This document shows positions 10,191-21,729 of a stretch of 64,000 nucleotides of DNA, one piece after another. Under the pieces are notes generated by a model, which ran no database searches, was not told where the DNA came from, and saw nothing but the letters and a program-made list of their open reading frames with translations. Made by a program: the position numbers and the translations under genes. The stretch covers positions 18,777 through 82,776 of the forward strand of contig CAMAVZ010000004.1 in assembly GCA_945861645.1 (NCBI GenBank). The letters run 5' to 3'. Numbering within the stretch: position 1 is the stretch's first letter; each line of letters opens with the position of its first letter. Source of the DNA: Opitutus sp. GAS368. GTDB lineage: Bacteria > Verrucomicrobiota > Verrucomicrobiia > Opitutales > Opitutaceae.

Positions 10191-10384
10191 GTGATTTGCG
10201 CAGCGAGCGCCGTCGCGCGACGGGAGCGGGATTAAGCTTTAACCCACTCGGATACTCACTAGCCCGCTTCATTTCATGGATTGAGGTTATCCTGTTGACG
10301 CGATGTTGCACGGTCTAGCGGTGGGGGGTGGGGCATATATTTCCGCGTTGCCAAGAACGAGGGGGTAACCGTTGCTTCTGCCCT

Positions 10385-11785
10385 ATGGGCAAGCAGGCAC
10401 AAGTCAGTTGGGGTGGGCGTTTCTCGGCGGGTCCCGCCGAGTTGATGCTGCGTTTTAGCGCATCGGTCAGCTTTGACCGTCGCCTCGCTCCGTTTGATAT
10501 TCAAGGAAGCCAGGCGCACGCGGCGATGTTGGCGCACGTGGGTTTGATCACGCGGCGCGAGTGCAAAGCCATCCATCGCGGGCTGGAGGCGATTCTCAGT
10601 GAGATCAACCAGGGAAAATTTAAATGGTCTCAGCAACTGGAAGATGTGCACATGAACATCGAACAGGCGCTGACCAAGCGCGTGCCGGCGGCCGCTAAAT
10701 TGCACACGGCGCGGAGCCGGAACGATCAAGTGGCGACGGATATGCGGCTGTATTTTAAGGCCGCCTGCGCGGAGGTCATCGCCAGCTTGCAAGCAGCGCA
10801 GCGGGCCATTCTCGCCGTAGTTGAAAAAGATGGGAGCGTTTTGCTCCCGGGCTACACTCATTTGCAGCGGGCGCAGCCGGTGTATCTGGCGCATCATTTT
10901 TTTGCTTACCTAGAAATGTTGGAGCGGGATGCGGCGCGTTTTGCCGTGGTGGCTGACCATGCTAATTGGTGTCCGCTCGGCTCCGGCGCGATTGCGGGCA
11001 CAACCTTGCCCATCGATCGGGAATATACGGCTGAGTTGCTGGGCTTTGTGGATGCGCAAGGTCGGCCCCGGGTGACTCAAAATAGTATGGATGCGGTCAG
11101 CGACCGAGACCTCTATATTGAATTTGCCGCAGCTTGCGCCCTCGTGGGGGTGCATTTTTCGCGGCTCGCGGAGGATCTGATATTGTGGTCCAGCCAAGAG
11201 TTTAAATTTATCGAGCTACCCGATGCTTTCTGCACGGGCTCGAGTCTGATGCCGCAGAAGAAAAATCCTGACTCGCTCGAATTGTTGCGGGGAAAATCAG
11301 CGCGGCTGCAGGGCAATCTGCACACGTTGCTGACGTTGGTCAAAGGGCTGCCGTTGACCTATAATCGCGATTTGCAGGAGGACAAACCGCCGGTGTTTGA
11401 TAGTCATGATCAAACGGTGCTCTGCCTGGCGGTGCTCGCCGGCACCGTGGCGGGTTTAAAAATGCATCGGGCGAAATGTGCAGCGGCGGTCGCGGACCCC
11501 GCCTTATTGGCGACCGATTTAGCGGATTATCTCGTGCGACGCGGGGTGGCCTTCCGCGCCGCTCATCATGCGGTTGGCACCGTGGTCAAGTTGGCGGAAA
11601 AGCAAGGGGTGGCGCTTAATCGACTAACTAATGCCGAGGTGAAAGCCATCCATCCCGCTCTAGGTTCAGACTGGACGAGTGCCTTTGATCTTTCGGCCGC
11701 CATGGCGCGGCGCACAGGCACGGGTATGCCGGGCCCGGCGCAGATGGCACGGCAGTTCAAACGTTGGCAGAAGCTCTTGGGGTAA
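10385..11785 (+). CDS. argH: Argininosuccinate lyase
   Basis: [30 protein letters not shown] and [12 protein letters not shown]. Confidence 0.97.
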   Translation: MGKQAQVSWGGRFSAGPAELMLRFSASVSFDRRLAPFDIQGSQAHAAMLAHVGLITRRECKAIHRGLEAILSEINQGKFKWSQQLEDVHMNIEQALTKRVPAAAKLHTARSRNDQVATDMRLYFKAACAEVIASLQAAQRAILAVVEKDGSVLLPGYTHLQRAQPVYLAHHFFAYLEMLERDAARFAVVADHANWCPLGSGAIAGTTLPIDREYTAELLGFVDAQGRPRVTQNSMDAVSDRDLYIEFAAACALVGVHFSRLAEDLILWSSQEFKFIELPDAFCTGSSLMPQKKNPDSLELLRGKSARLQGNLHTLLTLVKGLPLTYNRDLQEDKPPVFDSHDQTVLCLAVLAGTVAGLKMHRAKCAAAVADPALLATDLADYLVRRGVAFRAAHHAVGTVVKLAEKQGVALNRLTNAEVKAIHPALGSDWTSAFDLSAAMARRTGTGMPGPAQMARQFKRWQKLLG

Positions 11786-11819
11786 GCGGGAAGGCTCGCG
11801 GTCGCGCGTTTTAACCGCC

Positions 11820-13604
11820 ATGTCTGTTATTCATATTCTCACTGACCGAGTGGCCAATCAGATCGCGGCGGGCGAAGTGATTGAACGGCCCGCGGCTGTG
11901 GTGAAGGAATTAGTCGAAAATTCTTTGGATGCTGGCGCCACGCGTGTGGCAGTGGAATTTCGTGCCGGGGGCCGGGCGCTGATCCGCGTCGTCGATAATG
12001 GCTGCGGGATGACCCAAGAAGATGCCTTGCTCTCGCTCGAGCGGCACGCGACCAGCAAGTTAGTGGAGACGGCTGACTTGGACCGCCTCGGCACTTTCGG
12101 GTTTCGAGGCGAAGCAGTCCCCTCGATCGCGAGTGTCTCCCATTTTGAATTACAGACGCGCGTGGGGAGCGCCGCCGCCGGCACCGAGATTGTGATTAAT
12201 GGCGGAAAATTTGTGCACGTGCGTGAATGCGGTCTTGCCCCGGGCACGAGCATTACCGTGTCGCATTTATTTAACTCCGTGCCCGCGCGGCGGAAATTTT
12301 TAAAAACGGATGCCACCGAGTCGGCGCACATTATTCAGACTGTCCGCTTATATGCCCTCGCGTGTCCCGCGACGGCTTTTGTGTTGATTGAGGATGGCCG
12401 CGTGCTGTTTCAGTCGCCGGTTTGTACCACGCTAGCGGAGCGAGTGGGGGAGATTTTTGGCCGGCAATTGGTGGCCGATTTGCTGCCGGTGGCGATGGCG
12501 GAGCCCGGTTTGAAATTGAGTGGGCTGATCGGTAAACCCGGAGTTAATCGATCGACGCGTCACGAATTGCTGATGTTCGTAAACCGGCGGCCGGTCGATA
12601 GCCGGACGCTTAATTACGCTTTGATTGAATCCTATGCTACGGCCCTGGCGAAAGGCCGTTATCCGGTCGCCGTATTATTTCTCGAACTGGATCCGGCCGC
12701 GGTCGATGTGAACGTGCATCCGGCCAAGCGAGAGGTGCGCTTCCGCAGTGAAGGCGCCGTGCGCGGTTTTGTGATTCGGGCAGTATTGCAGCGATTACGC
12801 GAGTGGGGCGCGCCGGCCCCCAGAGTGGAACCGGCCAGCGCGGGACAAGTTCACCCTGCTGCGTCGGAGGTAATGCCGGGCGATCCCGTGAGCTTGGCCG
12901 CTCCCGCAACCGTGAATCTGCCGTCAACCGCGTTCGTGATTAAGCCGCCCGCAACGCCCTCCGCGCCCGCCATCGTCAGAACGGCTGCCGGCCCTTTAGC
13001 GGTGAGCGCACCGAGGGCCTCTGCGGCGCTGTTGGGCTGGCGCTTTCTGGGGACCGCGCATACCGACTATGCCTTGTGGGAAACGCCAAGCGGTTTGATG
13101 GTCTTGGATCGACGGGCCGCGCACGAACGGGTGTGGTTCGAGCGTTTAGAAATGCAATTTAAGCAAGGAGCGGTTGCGAGTCAGCGTCTACTCTTTGCGA
13201 TCCCGGTGGAATTTGACGCCATTGCGAGTGCCTTGTTAACCGACCAACTGACTTTTTTGCAACGCCATGGGTTTGAGGTCGCAGAATTTGGGCGTAATTT
13301 TTTCCGCATTGAGGCCGTGCCGGTTTGGTTGGAATCGAGTGATGCCGTTATTTTTTTGCGCGATATCATCGGCTTGATGCGCGACGGGCAGCTCGATGGG
13401 AAGAACCTTGATTTGGCCCGGACGGCCTTAGCCCAACTCGCAGCCCAGCAAGCGGTACGGTTGCCGAGCAGCCCTAACGAGACCGAGGCACTGGCGCTCG
13501 TGTCCCAACTTTTCGCCTGCACGCAACCCCATGCGAGTCCGGCTGGTCGGCCAACCCACTTTGAATTCAGTCGCGGTGAATTGCTGCGGCGGTTTCAGCG
13601 GTAA
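11820..13604 (+). CDS. mutL: DNA mismatch repair endonuclease MutL
   Basis: NQIAAGEVIERP, KELVENSLDAGA, GFRGEA, DVNVHPAK and the C-terminal DRRAAHER motif. Confidence 0.97.
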   Translation: MSVIHILTDRVANQIAAGEVIERPAAVVKELVENSLDAGATRVAVEFRAGGRALIRVVDNGCGMTQEDALLSLERHATSKLVETADLDRLGTFGFRGEAVPSIASVSHFELQTRVGSAAAGTEIVINGGKFVHVRECGLAPGTSITVSHLFNSVPARRKFLKTDATESAHIIQTVRLYALACPATAFVLIEDGRVLFQSPVCTTLAERVGEIFGRQLVADLLPVAMAEPGLKLSGLIGKPGVNRSTRHELLMFVNRRPVDSRTLNYALIESYATALAKGRYPVAVLFLELDPAAVDVNVHPAKREVRFRSEGAVRGFVIRAVLQRLREWGAPAPRVEPASAGQVHPAASEVMPGDPVSLAAPATVNLPSTAFVIKPPATPSAPAIVRTAAGPLAVSAPRASAALLGWRFLGTAHTDYALWETPSGLMVLDRRAAHERVWFERLEMQFKQGAVASQRLLFAIPVEFDAIASALLTDQLTFLQRHGFEVAEFGRNFFRIEAVPVWLESSDAVIFLRDIIGLMRDGQLDGKNLDLARTALAQLAAQQAVRLPSSPNETEALALVSQLFACTQPHASPAGRPTHFEFSRGELLRRFQR

Positions 13605-13692
13605 GCTTAGTCAATGTTCATCCAATCGTCATGTGGGCCCGATATTCCTAACTTGCCTGCCGCAACGGCACGATTTGTGATCTATTCTTTCC

Positions 13693-16188
13693 ATGCCTGT
13701 TAAAAGCAAAGCGAGTCGCTCGGCTAGTCGTGCTCCCCAGCCAGCAGTAAAACCGCCGCAGGTGGACCTGCGTCCGCTGATTGAACGGCATTTGATCTCA
13801 ACCTTGGCGCGGCATCCGGCCTCGGCGACCCCGCGCGACTGGTGGGTCGCGACCGCGCTCGCGGTACGGGATACGATTCATGAGCGCATGATTGCGACGC
13901 AGCGGCGGCATAATGAGAAAAATGTCCGCCGGCTTTATTATTTCTCGCTCGAGTATTTGATGGGTCGACTATTCGGAAATAATTTACTCGCGACCGATCT
14001 GTTGGATGCGGCGCGCCTTGCGCTCGAAGCCTTGGGGCAGGATTTCGAGCAAATTCGCGAGGCCGAGGCTGATATGGGGTTAGGCAATGGCGGGTTGGGT
14101 CGTTTGGCGGCCTGCTTTCTCGATTCGCTCGCGACGTTAGATTATCCTGCGCTTGGCTACGGGATTTATTATGAATTTGGCCTTTTTAAACAGGCCTTTC
14201 AACAAGGACATCAAGTGGAGCGCCCTGATAATTGGATAATTTTTGGCAGTCCTTGGGAAGTGGTGCGGCCAGACTATGCGCAAGAAGTGCGCCTCTTTGG
14301 TCGCGTCGAAAATGTTTTTGATGACCGCGGAAATGCTCGTCCCCGCTGGGTAGATACGAAGACCATCTTGGGGGTGCCGCATGATATTCCCATCGCCGGC
14401 TACGGGACCACGACCGTTAATTTGCTGCGGCTCTGGGCTTCCAAATCAACGGAAGATTTCGACCTCGAGGCTTTTAATCGCGGTGGTTACGTCGAGGCCG
14501 TACGGGAGAAGGCGATCGGTGAGACGGTCTCAAAAGTGCTTTACCCGAACGATAAAACTGAAAACGGCAAAGAGCTGCGGTTAATGCAGCAGTATTTTTT
14601 TGTGGCGTGTTCATTGCGCGATATCATCCGCCGCCATTTCCGCCAGCCGGCCAACTCATGGGATAATTTTTCGGACAAGGTCGCGGTCCAGCTCAATGAC
14701 ACTCATCCCGCCATCGCGATCGTCGAATTGCTGCGGATTTTGTTAGATGAAGAAAATATGGCGTGGGCCGACGCTTGGGCCATTACGCGCCGGACTTTTG
14801 CTTACACGAACCACACCCTTTTGCCCGAGGCCCTCGAGAAATGGACCGTGGAGCTCTTTGAGCGACTTTTACCGCGTCATTTGCAGATAATCTATGTCCT
14901 CAATGAGCAACTGCTGCTGGCGGTCGAACGGCAATGGCCTGGTGATAATGGGAAGAAAACCGTTTGCTCCCTGATTGAAGAAAATGGCCATAAGCAGGTG
15001 CGCATGGCGAATCTCTCCGTGGTCGGCTCGCATACTGTTAACGGCGTAGCGGAGATTCACACGGCATTATTAAAGCAGAATCTTTTTCCGGAATTTAACG
15101 AACTTTACCCCGGTAAATTTCAAAATAAGACCAATGGCATCACCCCGCGCCGTTGGCTGCTGAAGAGCAACCCGCGCTTAGCGGCACTTCTCACGCGAAC
15201 ATTGGGGCAGGCGGATTGGGTGCGTAATCTCGATCTGCTGCGCGGCTTGGAGAAATTTGCCGAGGAGCCGGCCTTTCAGCGCGAGTTCATGGCGATCAAA
15301 CGGGCCAATAAGGTCGATTTAGCTGCGGTCATCAAAACGGAGTGCGGCCTCGTGGTTTCGCCTGATGCTATTTTCGATGTGCAGATCAAGCGACTGCATG
15401 AATACAAGCGGCAGCATTTAAATTTGCTCCATATCATGACGCTCTATCGTCGCTTGTTGCAAAATCCCGCGCTCGATTTGGTGCCACGAGTCTTTATCTT
15501 TGGGGCGAAAGCTGCCCCGGGCTATGACTTAGCGAAAAACATTATTCGCGCCATTAATGTGATTGGCGCGCACATCAATGCGGACGAGCGTCTCGGCGGT
15601 AAGCTGAAGGTGGCGTTCCTGCCGAATTATCGGGTGTCACTCGCAGAGAAAATTATTCCAGCTGCCGATCTTTCGGAGCAGATTTCTACCGCCGGTAAAG
15701 AAGCCTCGGGTACCGGCAACATGAAGCTCTCGCTCAACGGGGCGCTGACGATTGGCACGCTCGATGGGGCTAATGTGGAGATTCGGGATGAAGTGGGGAC
15801 CGATAATATTTTTATCTTTGGCCTGACGGTGGAAGCGGTGGTCGCGCTCACGGCTAAAGGCTACTATTCGCAGGATTACTATCAGGCGGATGCAGAACTG
15901 CGCGCCATCATTGACTGGCTAGGGAGTGATTATTTTACGCCGGGCGAACCGGGCGCTTTTGGTCCGTTGCATCATAGCCTGCTGGCCGGGGGCGATCCAT
16001 TTTTGCTGCTCGCCGATTATCGCAGCTATTGCACCGCGCAGGCTTGCGCCGATCAGGCTTATCGTGATCCGGCGCAGTGGGCGCGGCGGGCGATCTTGAA
16101 CACCGCTCGATTGGGGAAATTTTCGAGCGACCGGACGATTCGGGAATACGCGAAGGATATTTGGCATCTCCCCGCGGTCGAAGTCTGA
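13693..16188 (+). CDS. glgP: Glycogen/starch/alpha-glucan phosphorylase
   Basis: [30 protein letters not shown] and the PLP site EASGTGNMK. Confidence 0.97.
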   Translation: MPVKSKASRSASRAPQPAVKPPQVDLRPLIERHLISTLARHPASATPRDWWVATALAVRDTIHERMIATQRRHNEKNVRRLYYFSLEYLMGRLFGNNLLATDLLDAARLALEALGQDFEQIREAEADMGLGNGGLGRLAACFLDSLATLDYPALGYGIYYEFGLFKQAFQQGHQVERPDNWIIFGSPWEVVRPDYAQEVRLFGRVENVFDDRGNARPRWVDTKTILGVPHDIPIAGYGTTTVNLLRLWASKSTEDFDLEAFNRGGYVEAVREKAIGETVSKVLYPNDKTENGKELRLMQQYFFVACSLRDIIRRHFRQPANSWDNFSDKVAVQLNDTHPAIAIVELLRILLDEENMAWADAWAITRRTFAYTNHTLLPEALEKWTVELFERLLPRHLQIIYVLNEQLLLAVERQWPGDNGKKTVCSLIEENGHKQVRMANLSVVGSHTVNGVAEIHTALLKQNLFPEFNELYPGKFQNKTNGITPRRWLLKSNPRLAALLTRTLGQADWVRNLDLLRGLEKFAEEPAFQREFMAIKRANKVDLAAVIKTECGLVVSPDAIFDVQIKRLHEYKRQHLNLLHIMTLYRRLLQNPALDLVPRVFIFGAKAAPGYDLAKNIIRAINVIGAHINADERLGGKLKVAFLPNYRVSLAEKIIPAADLSEQISTAGKEASGTGNMKLSLNGALTIGTLDGANVEIRDEVGTDNIFIFGLTVEAVVALTAKGYYSQDYYQADAELRAIIDWLGSDYFTPGEPGAFGPLHHSLLAGGDPFLLLADYRSYCTAQACADQAYRDPAQWARRAILNTARLGKFSSDRTIREYAKDIWHLPAVEV

Positions 16189-16333
16189 AGCCGCGCGGTT
16201 GTCTCGGTGGGTGCACCGCGGTTTAAATTGGTCGTCGGGGCGGAATGCATGATTGAATTGCTCGCGGGCTTGGCGCAACTTACCGAGCGGTTAGTCGCGT
16301 TCAGCAAATATTATCCCCACCTGAATTAATTCT

Positions 16334-17596
16334 ATGAATCGTCTCCAAGGTTTAATTGGTATCGCGCTCATCATAGGTCTGGCGGTGCTTTTCTCTAATA
16401 ATCGCCGCCGGATTAATCGGCGACTCGTGCTGAGTGGAATTGCCCTTCAGGTCATCATTGCGGTTTTGATTTTTCACGTCGGCCCCGTCGCGCAATTTTT
16501 TCAACTCGTGGGTCAAGGCATTGGTAAATTAGAGGGGTTTGCCCGCGCCGGCGCGGCTTTCGTTTACGGCGGGATTGCGGTGGAACAGGGAGCGGGGCAC
16601 ATCGCCAATTACATGGGGGGCGGGTTCGTTTTCGCTTTTAATGTTACCGCGACGATTATTTTAGTCTGCGCCTTGGTGGCGGTGCTGTACCATTATGGTA
16701 TTATGCAGCGCATCGTGGCGCTCGTGGCGCGGGCCATGAATTTTATTATGCGGGTCAGCGGAGCCGAGGCGCTCAGCAACGTGGCCAGTGCTTTGGTCGG
16801 GCAAGTGGAGGCTCAGGTCATGATCCGCCCCTATCTGGCGGGGATGACGAAGAGTGAGTTATTGGCCTCGATGAGTGGCAGTCTCGCCTGCATCGCCGGC
16901 GGAATTCTCGTCGTCTATGTTAATATGGGGGCGCAGGCCGGCCTCGATTTAGCGCCGAAATTAATCACCGCTAGTTTAATGGCGGCGCCCGGTGCGCTGG
17001 TAATCGCAAAAATTGTTTTCCCGGAAACCGAAGAAAGCCAGACGATGGGGCAGGTGAAGCTCGCGGTTAAAAGTGATTACACGAATGTGATTGATGCTAT
17101 TTCCCACGGCGCTGGCGATGGGTTCAAAATTGCCATGAACGTGATCGCCATGCTCATCGGATTCATTGCCGTCATCGCCTGTATTGATTGGGTGATGGTT
17201 TCGATCGGGCATTTTTTTAATCCGCATTTTGATCTCACCCTGAATTGGATTTTTGGAAAATTATTCTACCCGATGGCTTGGGCGATGGGCGTGCCCAGCG
17301 TTGATCTTAATAATGTGGCGACGCTCCTCGGCCAAAAATTGACAATTAATGAATTCGTCGCGTTTAAGAGTCTGACCGATAAAGCGGTCCCGATTATCAC
17401 CGAGAAAGGGCTGTTAATCGTGAGTATCGCGATCTGCGGCTTTGCGAATTTTAGTAGCGTCGGCATGCAAATTGGCGGCATCGGCGCACTGGTGCCAGAA
17501 CGCCGGGCGGACTTGGCTAATTTGGGCATGAAGGCATTGTTTTGCGGCACGTTAGCCTCTTACTTGTCCGCCACGATCGCTGGTTTAGTCATTTAA
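16334..17596 (+). CDS. CNT (NupC/NupX) family nucleoside transporter
   Basis: FAFNV, SGAEAL, MAAPG, KLTINEFVAF and CGFANFSS. Confidence 0.92.
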   Translation: MNRLQGLIGIALIIGLAVLFSNNRRRINRRLVLSGIALQVIIAVLIFHVGPVAQFFQLVGQGIGKLEGFARAGAAFVYGGIAVEQGAGHIANYMGGGFVFAFNVTATIILVCALVAVLYHYGIMQRIVALVARAMNFIMRVSGAEALSNVASALVGQVEAQVMIRPYLAGMTKSELLASMSGSLACIAGGILVVYVNMGAQAGLDLAPKLITASLMAAPGALVIAKIVFPETEESQTMGQVKLAVKSDYTNVIDAISHGAGDGFKIAMNVIAMLIGFIAVIACIDWVMVSIGHFFNPHFDLTLNWIFGKLFYPMAWAMGVPSVDLNNVATLLGQKLTINEFVAFKSLTDKAVPIITEKGLLIVSIAICGFANFSSVGMQIGGIGALVPERRADLANLGMKALFCGTLASYLSATIAGLVI

Positions 17597-17600
17597 GCAG

Positions 17601-18125
17601 ATGGATCTCCCACGACAACTTGAACGTCACCTCGGTCAAACGCCCCAGACTGGGTCCGCGGCTTTTGTCGCGCCCAATGCCACGGTGCTGGGGGATGTGA
17701 CCCTGGGGGCACAAAGCAGTGTCTGGTACGGCGCGGTGCTGCGCGGCGATATCAATTCAATCGTGATCGGCGAGGGCACTAACATACAGGATTTAGCCGT
17801 CATACATTTGGCCGATAATTATGGGGTTACGATTGGCCGCTATACGACAATTGGACACAGCGCGATTATTCACGCCTGCGCTATTGGTGACGAATGCCTC
17901 ATTGGCATGGGGGCCACCATTCTGGATGGAGCTAAAATCGGTGATCACTGCATTGTGGGGGCTAACGCGCTCGTCACCCAGCGCTTTGTGGCGCCCCCCG
18001 GTTCGATGATTCTTGGGTCTCCGGCGAAGGTGGTGCGTCCCCTGACTGCATTAGAGAAAAATAGCCTACGGGGCTGGGCGGAGAAATACGTGACCACGGC
18101 GCAGGCGCACGCGGCGCGGGCTTAG
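17601..18125 (+). CDS. Gamma-carbonic anhydrase family (YrdA-like hexapeptide-repeat) protein
   Basis: VWYGAVLRGDIN, TNIQD..VIH and TIGHSAIIHAC. Confidence 0.9.
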   Translation: MDLPRQLERHLGQTPQTGSAAFVAPNATVLGDVTLGAQSSVWYGAVLRGDINSIVIGEGTNIQDLAVIHLADNYGVTIGRYTTIGHSAIIHACAIGDECLIGMGATILDGAKIGDHCIVGANALVTQRFVAPPGSMILGSPAKVVRPLTALEKNSLRGWAEKYVTTAQAHAARA

Positions 18126-18135
18126 GCTTCCGCCC

Positions 18136-18666
18136 CTATCTTTCGAGATTTAAGAAGGTATAGCGATAATGCGCGTCTCGGCTTTCGCGTCGCCCCGTCT
18201 CACGCCAGTGTGATTGCCGCCATTCTGGAAAGTAGGTATCGCCGGGCACCTCGGCGTGCACGAGGGTCATTAAGATGCGCTGTGCGATGGGCAGGGTCTC
18301 TTCGTAAATGCGTTGGCCGCCGCAGATCATGATATCCCCAGGTAAAGTTTGGGCCAAGGCCAAGGCGGCCGTGACATTCGTCGCGAGGTGGACGGGCTTC
18401 GCCGCCTCGCCTGGTCGCGTTCGTTGCAAGTGAGCGAGGTGTTGATTAACGCGTTCTGGTTGCGAGGTAATGACCACGGACTGACGCCCCTCGGTGAGCA
18501 CTTGGGGCCACGTTTCAAAACAAATCCGGCCCAGCACGACAGTCTGGTGGGCGGTTTTTTCATGAAACCACTGTTGGTCTTCCGGGATGCGAAACGGAAG
18601 TTTGCCGGCGCGGCCGATGACGCGATTTTCCGCGCAGGCGACAATCAAAGTAAGGAGCTTGGGCAT
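18136..18666 (-). CDS. folA: Dihydrofolate reductase
   Basis: LIVAC.ENRVIG..GKLPF, ICGGQRIY and GDTYFP. Confidence 0.9.
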   Translation of the reverse strand: MPKLLTLIVACAENRVIGRAGKLPFRIPEDQQWFHEKTAHQTVVLGRICFETWPQVLTEGRQSVVITSQPERVNQHLAHLQRTRPGEAAKPVHLATNVTAALALAQTLPGDIMICGGQRIYEETLPIAQRILMTLVHAEVPGDTYFPEWRQSHWRETGRRESRDAHYRYTFLNLER

Positions 18667-18809
18667 CTGTGGGTTAGGCACTAACGGAACGCCCGGATCG
18701 ATCGGCAAGTATAATTTTAAAGCATGGTGGTTAATAGCCTTGGTTTAGGCTGAACGAACTCAGGGAGGCTCCTTGTGTTTCCCCCTCTGGCTGCTATGCA
18801 CAAGGGCCT

Positions 18810-19901
18810 ATGATTATCGGCGTCCCGAAAGAAATTAAAATTGGCGAAACGCGCGTTTCGATGACACCTAGTCTCTGTCGTCGCGTGACTGCGCTCGGCG
18901 GCAAGGTGCTCCTCGAAAAATCAGCTGGCGACAGTGCTGGCTTTACCGATGCGGAATATAAGTCAGCGGGAGCCACCCTCGTCGTCACGGCCGCGAAGGT
19001 TTGGAAGAACGCCGATGTGATTGTGAAAGTTAAGGAGCCGCTGGCCGCTGAATATCATTTCCTCCAGCAGGGCCAAACCCTCTTCACCTATTTGCACCTC
19101 GCGGCGGGCCCGGCACTGGCCAAGGAATTGTGCCGGAAGAATATTCTGGGTATTGCCTACGAAACGGTGGAAGGCTCTGACGGAGCGTTTCCGCTGCTCA
19201 AGCCCATGTCGCAGATCGCCGGACGGCTTTCGATTCAGATTGGGGCTTATTTTTTGCAATCCCAACACGGTGGCTCCGGCGTTCTCCTCGGGGGCATCCC
19301 AGGCACGATGCCGGGTCATGTCGTGGTGGTGGGAGCGGGTAATTCCGGCGCGCACGCGGTGCAAATGGCGGCGGGCATGGGGGCGCGCGTGACGGTCCTC
19401 GATCTGGATACGCGCAAATTAGAGGCGCTTGATACCGAGTATCGCGGTCGTATTGTCACGCTCATGTCTAATCCGGCCAATATCGAACAAGCTGTGGCAG
19501 ATGCTGATCTACTGATCGGCGCCGTACTAATCCCTGCGGCGAAGGCGCCAATTGTGGTTTCAGGGAAAATGGTGGCGCAAATGCGGCCCGGCAGTGTGAT
19601 TTGCGATATCGCGATCGACCAAGGCGGTTGCATCGAAACGATCCAAGCGACTTCGCACCAGAAGCCCACTTACCAAGCGCATGGGGTGATTCATTATGCG
19701 GTGCCCAATATGCCGGCGCTCGTCGGGCGCACGTCTACCATGGGCCTGACGCAGGCCACCGAGCCTTTTATCGCGATGATGGTGCAGAAAGGCGTGGAGC
19801 AAGCGCTGAGCGAGCACAAGGGCCTCGCTCGCGGAGTGAATACGCGCAACGGCCGCATCACTTATGAGGCGGTGGCCAAGGCGGTGGGTTTTGATTCGTA
19901 A
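18810..19901 (+). CDS. ald: Alanine dehydrogenase
   Basis: IGVPKEIK..ETRV, KVKEP, FTYLHLA, DIAIDQGGC and YAVPNMP. Confidence 0.95.
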   Translation: MIIGVPKEIKIGETRVSMTPSLCRRVTALGGKVLLEKSAGDSAGFTDAEYKSAGATLVVTAAKVWKNADVIVKVKEPLAAEYHFLQQGQTLFTYLHLAAGPALAKELCRKNILGIAYETVEGSDGAFPLLKPMSQIAGRLSIQIGAYFLQSQHGGSGVLLGGIPGTMPGHVVVVGAGNSGAHAVQMAAGMGARVTVLDLDTRKLEALDTEYRGRIVTLMSNPANIEQAVADADLLIGAVLIPAAKAPIVVSGKMVAQMRPGSVICDIAIDQGGCIETIQATSHQKPTYQAHGVIHYAVPNMPALVGRTSTMGLTQATEPFIAMMVQKGVEQALSEHKGLARGVNTRNGRITYEAVAKAVGFDS

Positions 19902-19918
19902 GCGCGCAACGTAACCGC

Positions 19919-19953
19919 AAAAAAACCCGGCAGCGCGAGCCACCGGGTTTTTT
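19919..19953. terminator. Bidirectional intrinsic terminator between ald and the cyclophilin gene
   Basis: AAAAAAACCCGG-cagcgcgagcca-CCGGGTTTTTT. Confidence 0.85.
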
Positions 19954-19995
19954 ATGGCAAGGAATCGGCTGAGTTAATTCAGCCCTGTGCCGGCC

Positions 19996-20520
19996 TTAGG
20001 GCTGAGCGACGATGGTGATGCTTTCGAGGGCGACCCGATCGATCGGGGTGCTCTTCTCGCCACCACCACCGGATTGGGTGGGAACGTTGGCGAGTTGTTC
20101 CAGCACATCATCGCCCGCGATGAGTTGGCCGAAGCCGGTATATTGGTTATCCAGAAATTTAGCGTCCCCGTGGCAGAGGAAAAATTGCGAACCCGCGGAA
20201 TCAGGGTGCGAGGAGCGCGCCATCGAGATGACGCCGCGGACGTGAGATTTTTTGTTAAACTCAGCCTTAATTTTGTAGCCTGGATCACCGGTGCCGGGCA
20301 TGCCGGTCTGGCCGGCCTTGGTGTTGGGGCAACCCCCTTGGATCATAAAGCCCTTGATGATGCGGTGGAAGGCGGTGCCGTTGTAATAGCCGGCGCGGGC
20401 AAGCTTTTTGAAATTCTCAACGGTCGCGGGGGCGACGTCGATCCAGAAAGCGAGGGTCATTTCGCCGTAGCTAGTTTTTAGCACGGCAACTTCAGTGGTG
20501 GAGGGGGAGGCTTTGCTCAT
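19996..20520 (-). CDS. Cyclophilin-type peptidyl-prolyl cis-trans isomerase
   Basis: YYNGTAFHRIIKGFMIQGG, SMAR..PDSAGSQFF and FLDNQYTGFG. Confidence 0.95.
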   Translation of the reverse strand: MSKASPSTTEVAVLKTSYGEMTLAFWIDVAPATVENFKKLARAGYYNGTAFHRIIKGFMIQGGCPNTKAGQTGMPGTGDPGYKIKAEFNKKSHVRGVISMARSSHPDSAGSQFFLCHGDAKFLDNQYTGFGQLIAGDDVLEQLANVPTQSGGGGEKSTPIDRVALESITIVAQP

Positions 20521-20600
20521 AAGGGCGGATCAAAACCTTTCGGTCTGCCAGGCCGCAAGAACCAAATGGACAGCCGCGACGGCCCTTGCCTGACTAACGT

Positions 20601-21671
20601 GTGCGTTTCACCCAGATCACTTTGCAAGGCTTTCGCAATCTGCCGCTCGTCGCGGTTGAGTTGCGGGGCCCACGGACATTTTTGTGTGGGGCGAATGCGC
20701 AGGGAAAGACGAATTTTTTAGAAGCGGCCGGTTATGTAACCGCATTGCGGTCCTTTCGTGGGGCCGAGACGCGGGCGCTAATCGGGCTTCACCAGACCCA
20801 AGCGGGGTTAGCTTTTTCCCTCGAACATGAACAATTTGGCGCGAGCCGGATCACGGTTATGTTGACGGCGCAAACCCGCGAGGTGCAGTGGGAGCAGGGC
20901 CGCGTCACGCGGTTGGCCGACTTTATTGGAAAATTCCCTACCGTAGTTTTTTCCTCGCACGATAATCAATTTCTCCGCGGCTCTCCCGCGCTGCGCCGCC
21001 GTTGGTTGGATCTTACTTTGGCGGCGATGGATCCGAGCTATCTCATCGCGCTGCAAGCGTACACGCGCGCCTTGGCGGAAAGAAATATGCTCTTGAAGCA
21101 AGGGGGGCGGGATCTGGGTGCCCTTGATGCGTTTGAGCATGAGTTGTCCGTGCATGCGCTCACTTTATTTGCGCAACGGGCGGTGGGGGTCACTGAATTG
21201 AGCCGCCAGTTTCAGATCGCTCATGCCAAGTTGGGTCCAGTGGGGGAGACGGCCGGTTTGATCTACGCGCCGGATGCGGCTCCGGGCACCCGCGAGGAAT
21301 TTGCCGCCTTACTCCTGAAAAGTCGTCCCCGAGATGGCTTACTGAAAGCCACCGAGCATGGGCCGCACCGCGATGATTTGGATTTATTGCTCAATGGTCG
21401 ACCCGCCAAGCAATTCGCGTCGGAGGGGCAGCAGCGTTGCCTCGTCATCGCTTTACGATTGGCCCAGGCGGCTTATTTTAAAGCGAAGAGTGGCGTCACG
21501 CCGGTGCTGCTTTGTGATGATGTTTTGGGCGAACTCGATCCCGAGCGACGCGCCCGCTTCTGGGCGTCGTTGGAGGGCGAGCCGCAGGTCATTGCGACAG
21601 GAACAAGTTTACCAGAAGTAACGGCCGATTGGCAGGTGCTCACCGTGGCCGAGGGGAGCATTTCAGCATGA
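20601..21671 (+). CDS. recF: DNA replication/repair protein RecF
   Basis: FRN, GANAQGKTN, GPHRDDL, FASEGQQR and LLCDDVLGELD. Confidence 0.95.
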   Translation: MRFTQITLQGFRNLPLVAVELRGPRTFLCGANAQGKTNFLEAAGYVTALRSFRGAETRALIGLHQTQAGLAFSLEHEQFGASRITVMLTAQTREVQWEQGRVTRLADFIGKFPTVVFSSHDNQFLRGSPALRRRWLDLTLAAMDPSYLIALQAYTRALAERNMLLKQGGRDLGALDAFEHELSVHALTLFAQRAVGVTELSRQFQIAHAKLGPVGETAGLIYAPDAAPGTREEFAALLLKSRPRDGLLKATEHGPHRDDLDLLLNGRPAKQFASEGQQRCLVIALRLAQAAYFKAKSGVTPVLLCDDVLGELDPERRARFWASLEGEPQVIATGTSLPEVTADWQVLTVAEGSISA

Positions 21672-21729
21672 GAAGATCGCGGCTAGAATTTATGATTTCG
21701 TGGTCGCACGCAAAGCGGAGGATAGACCG

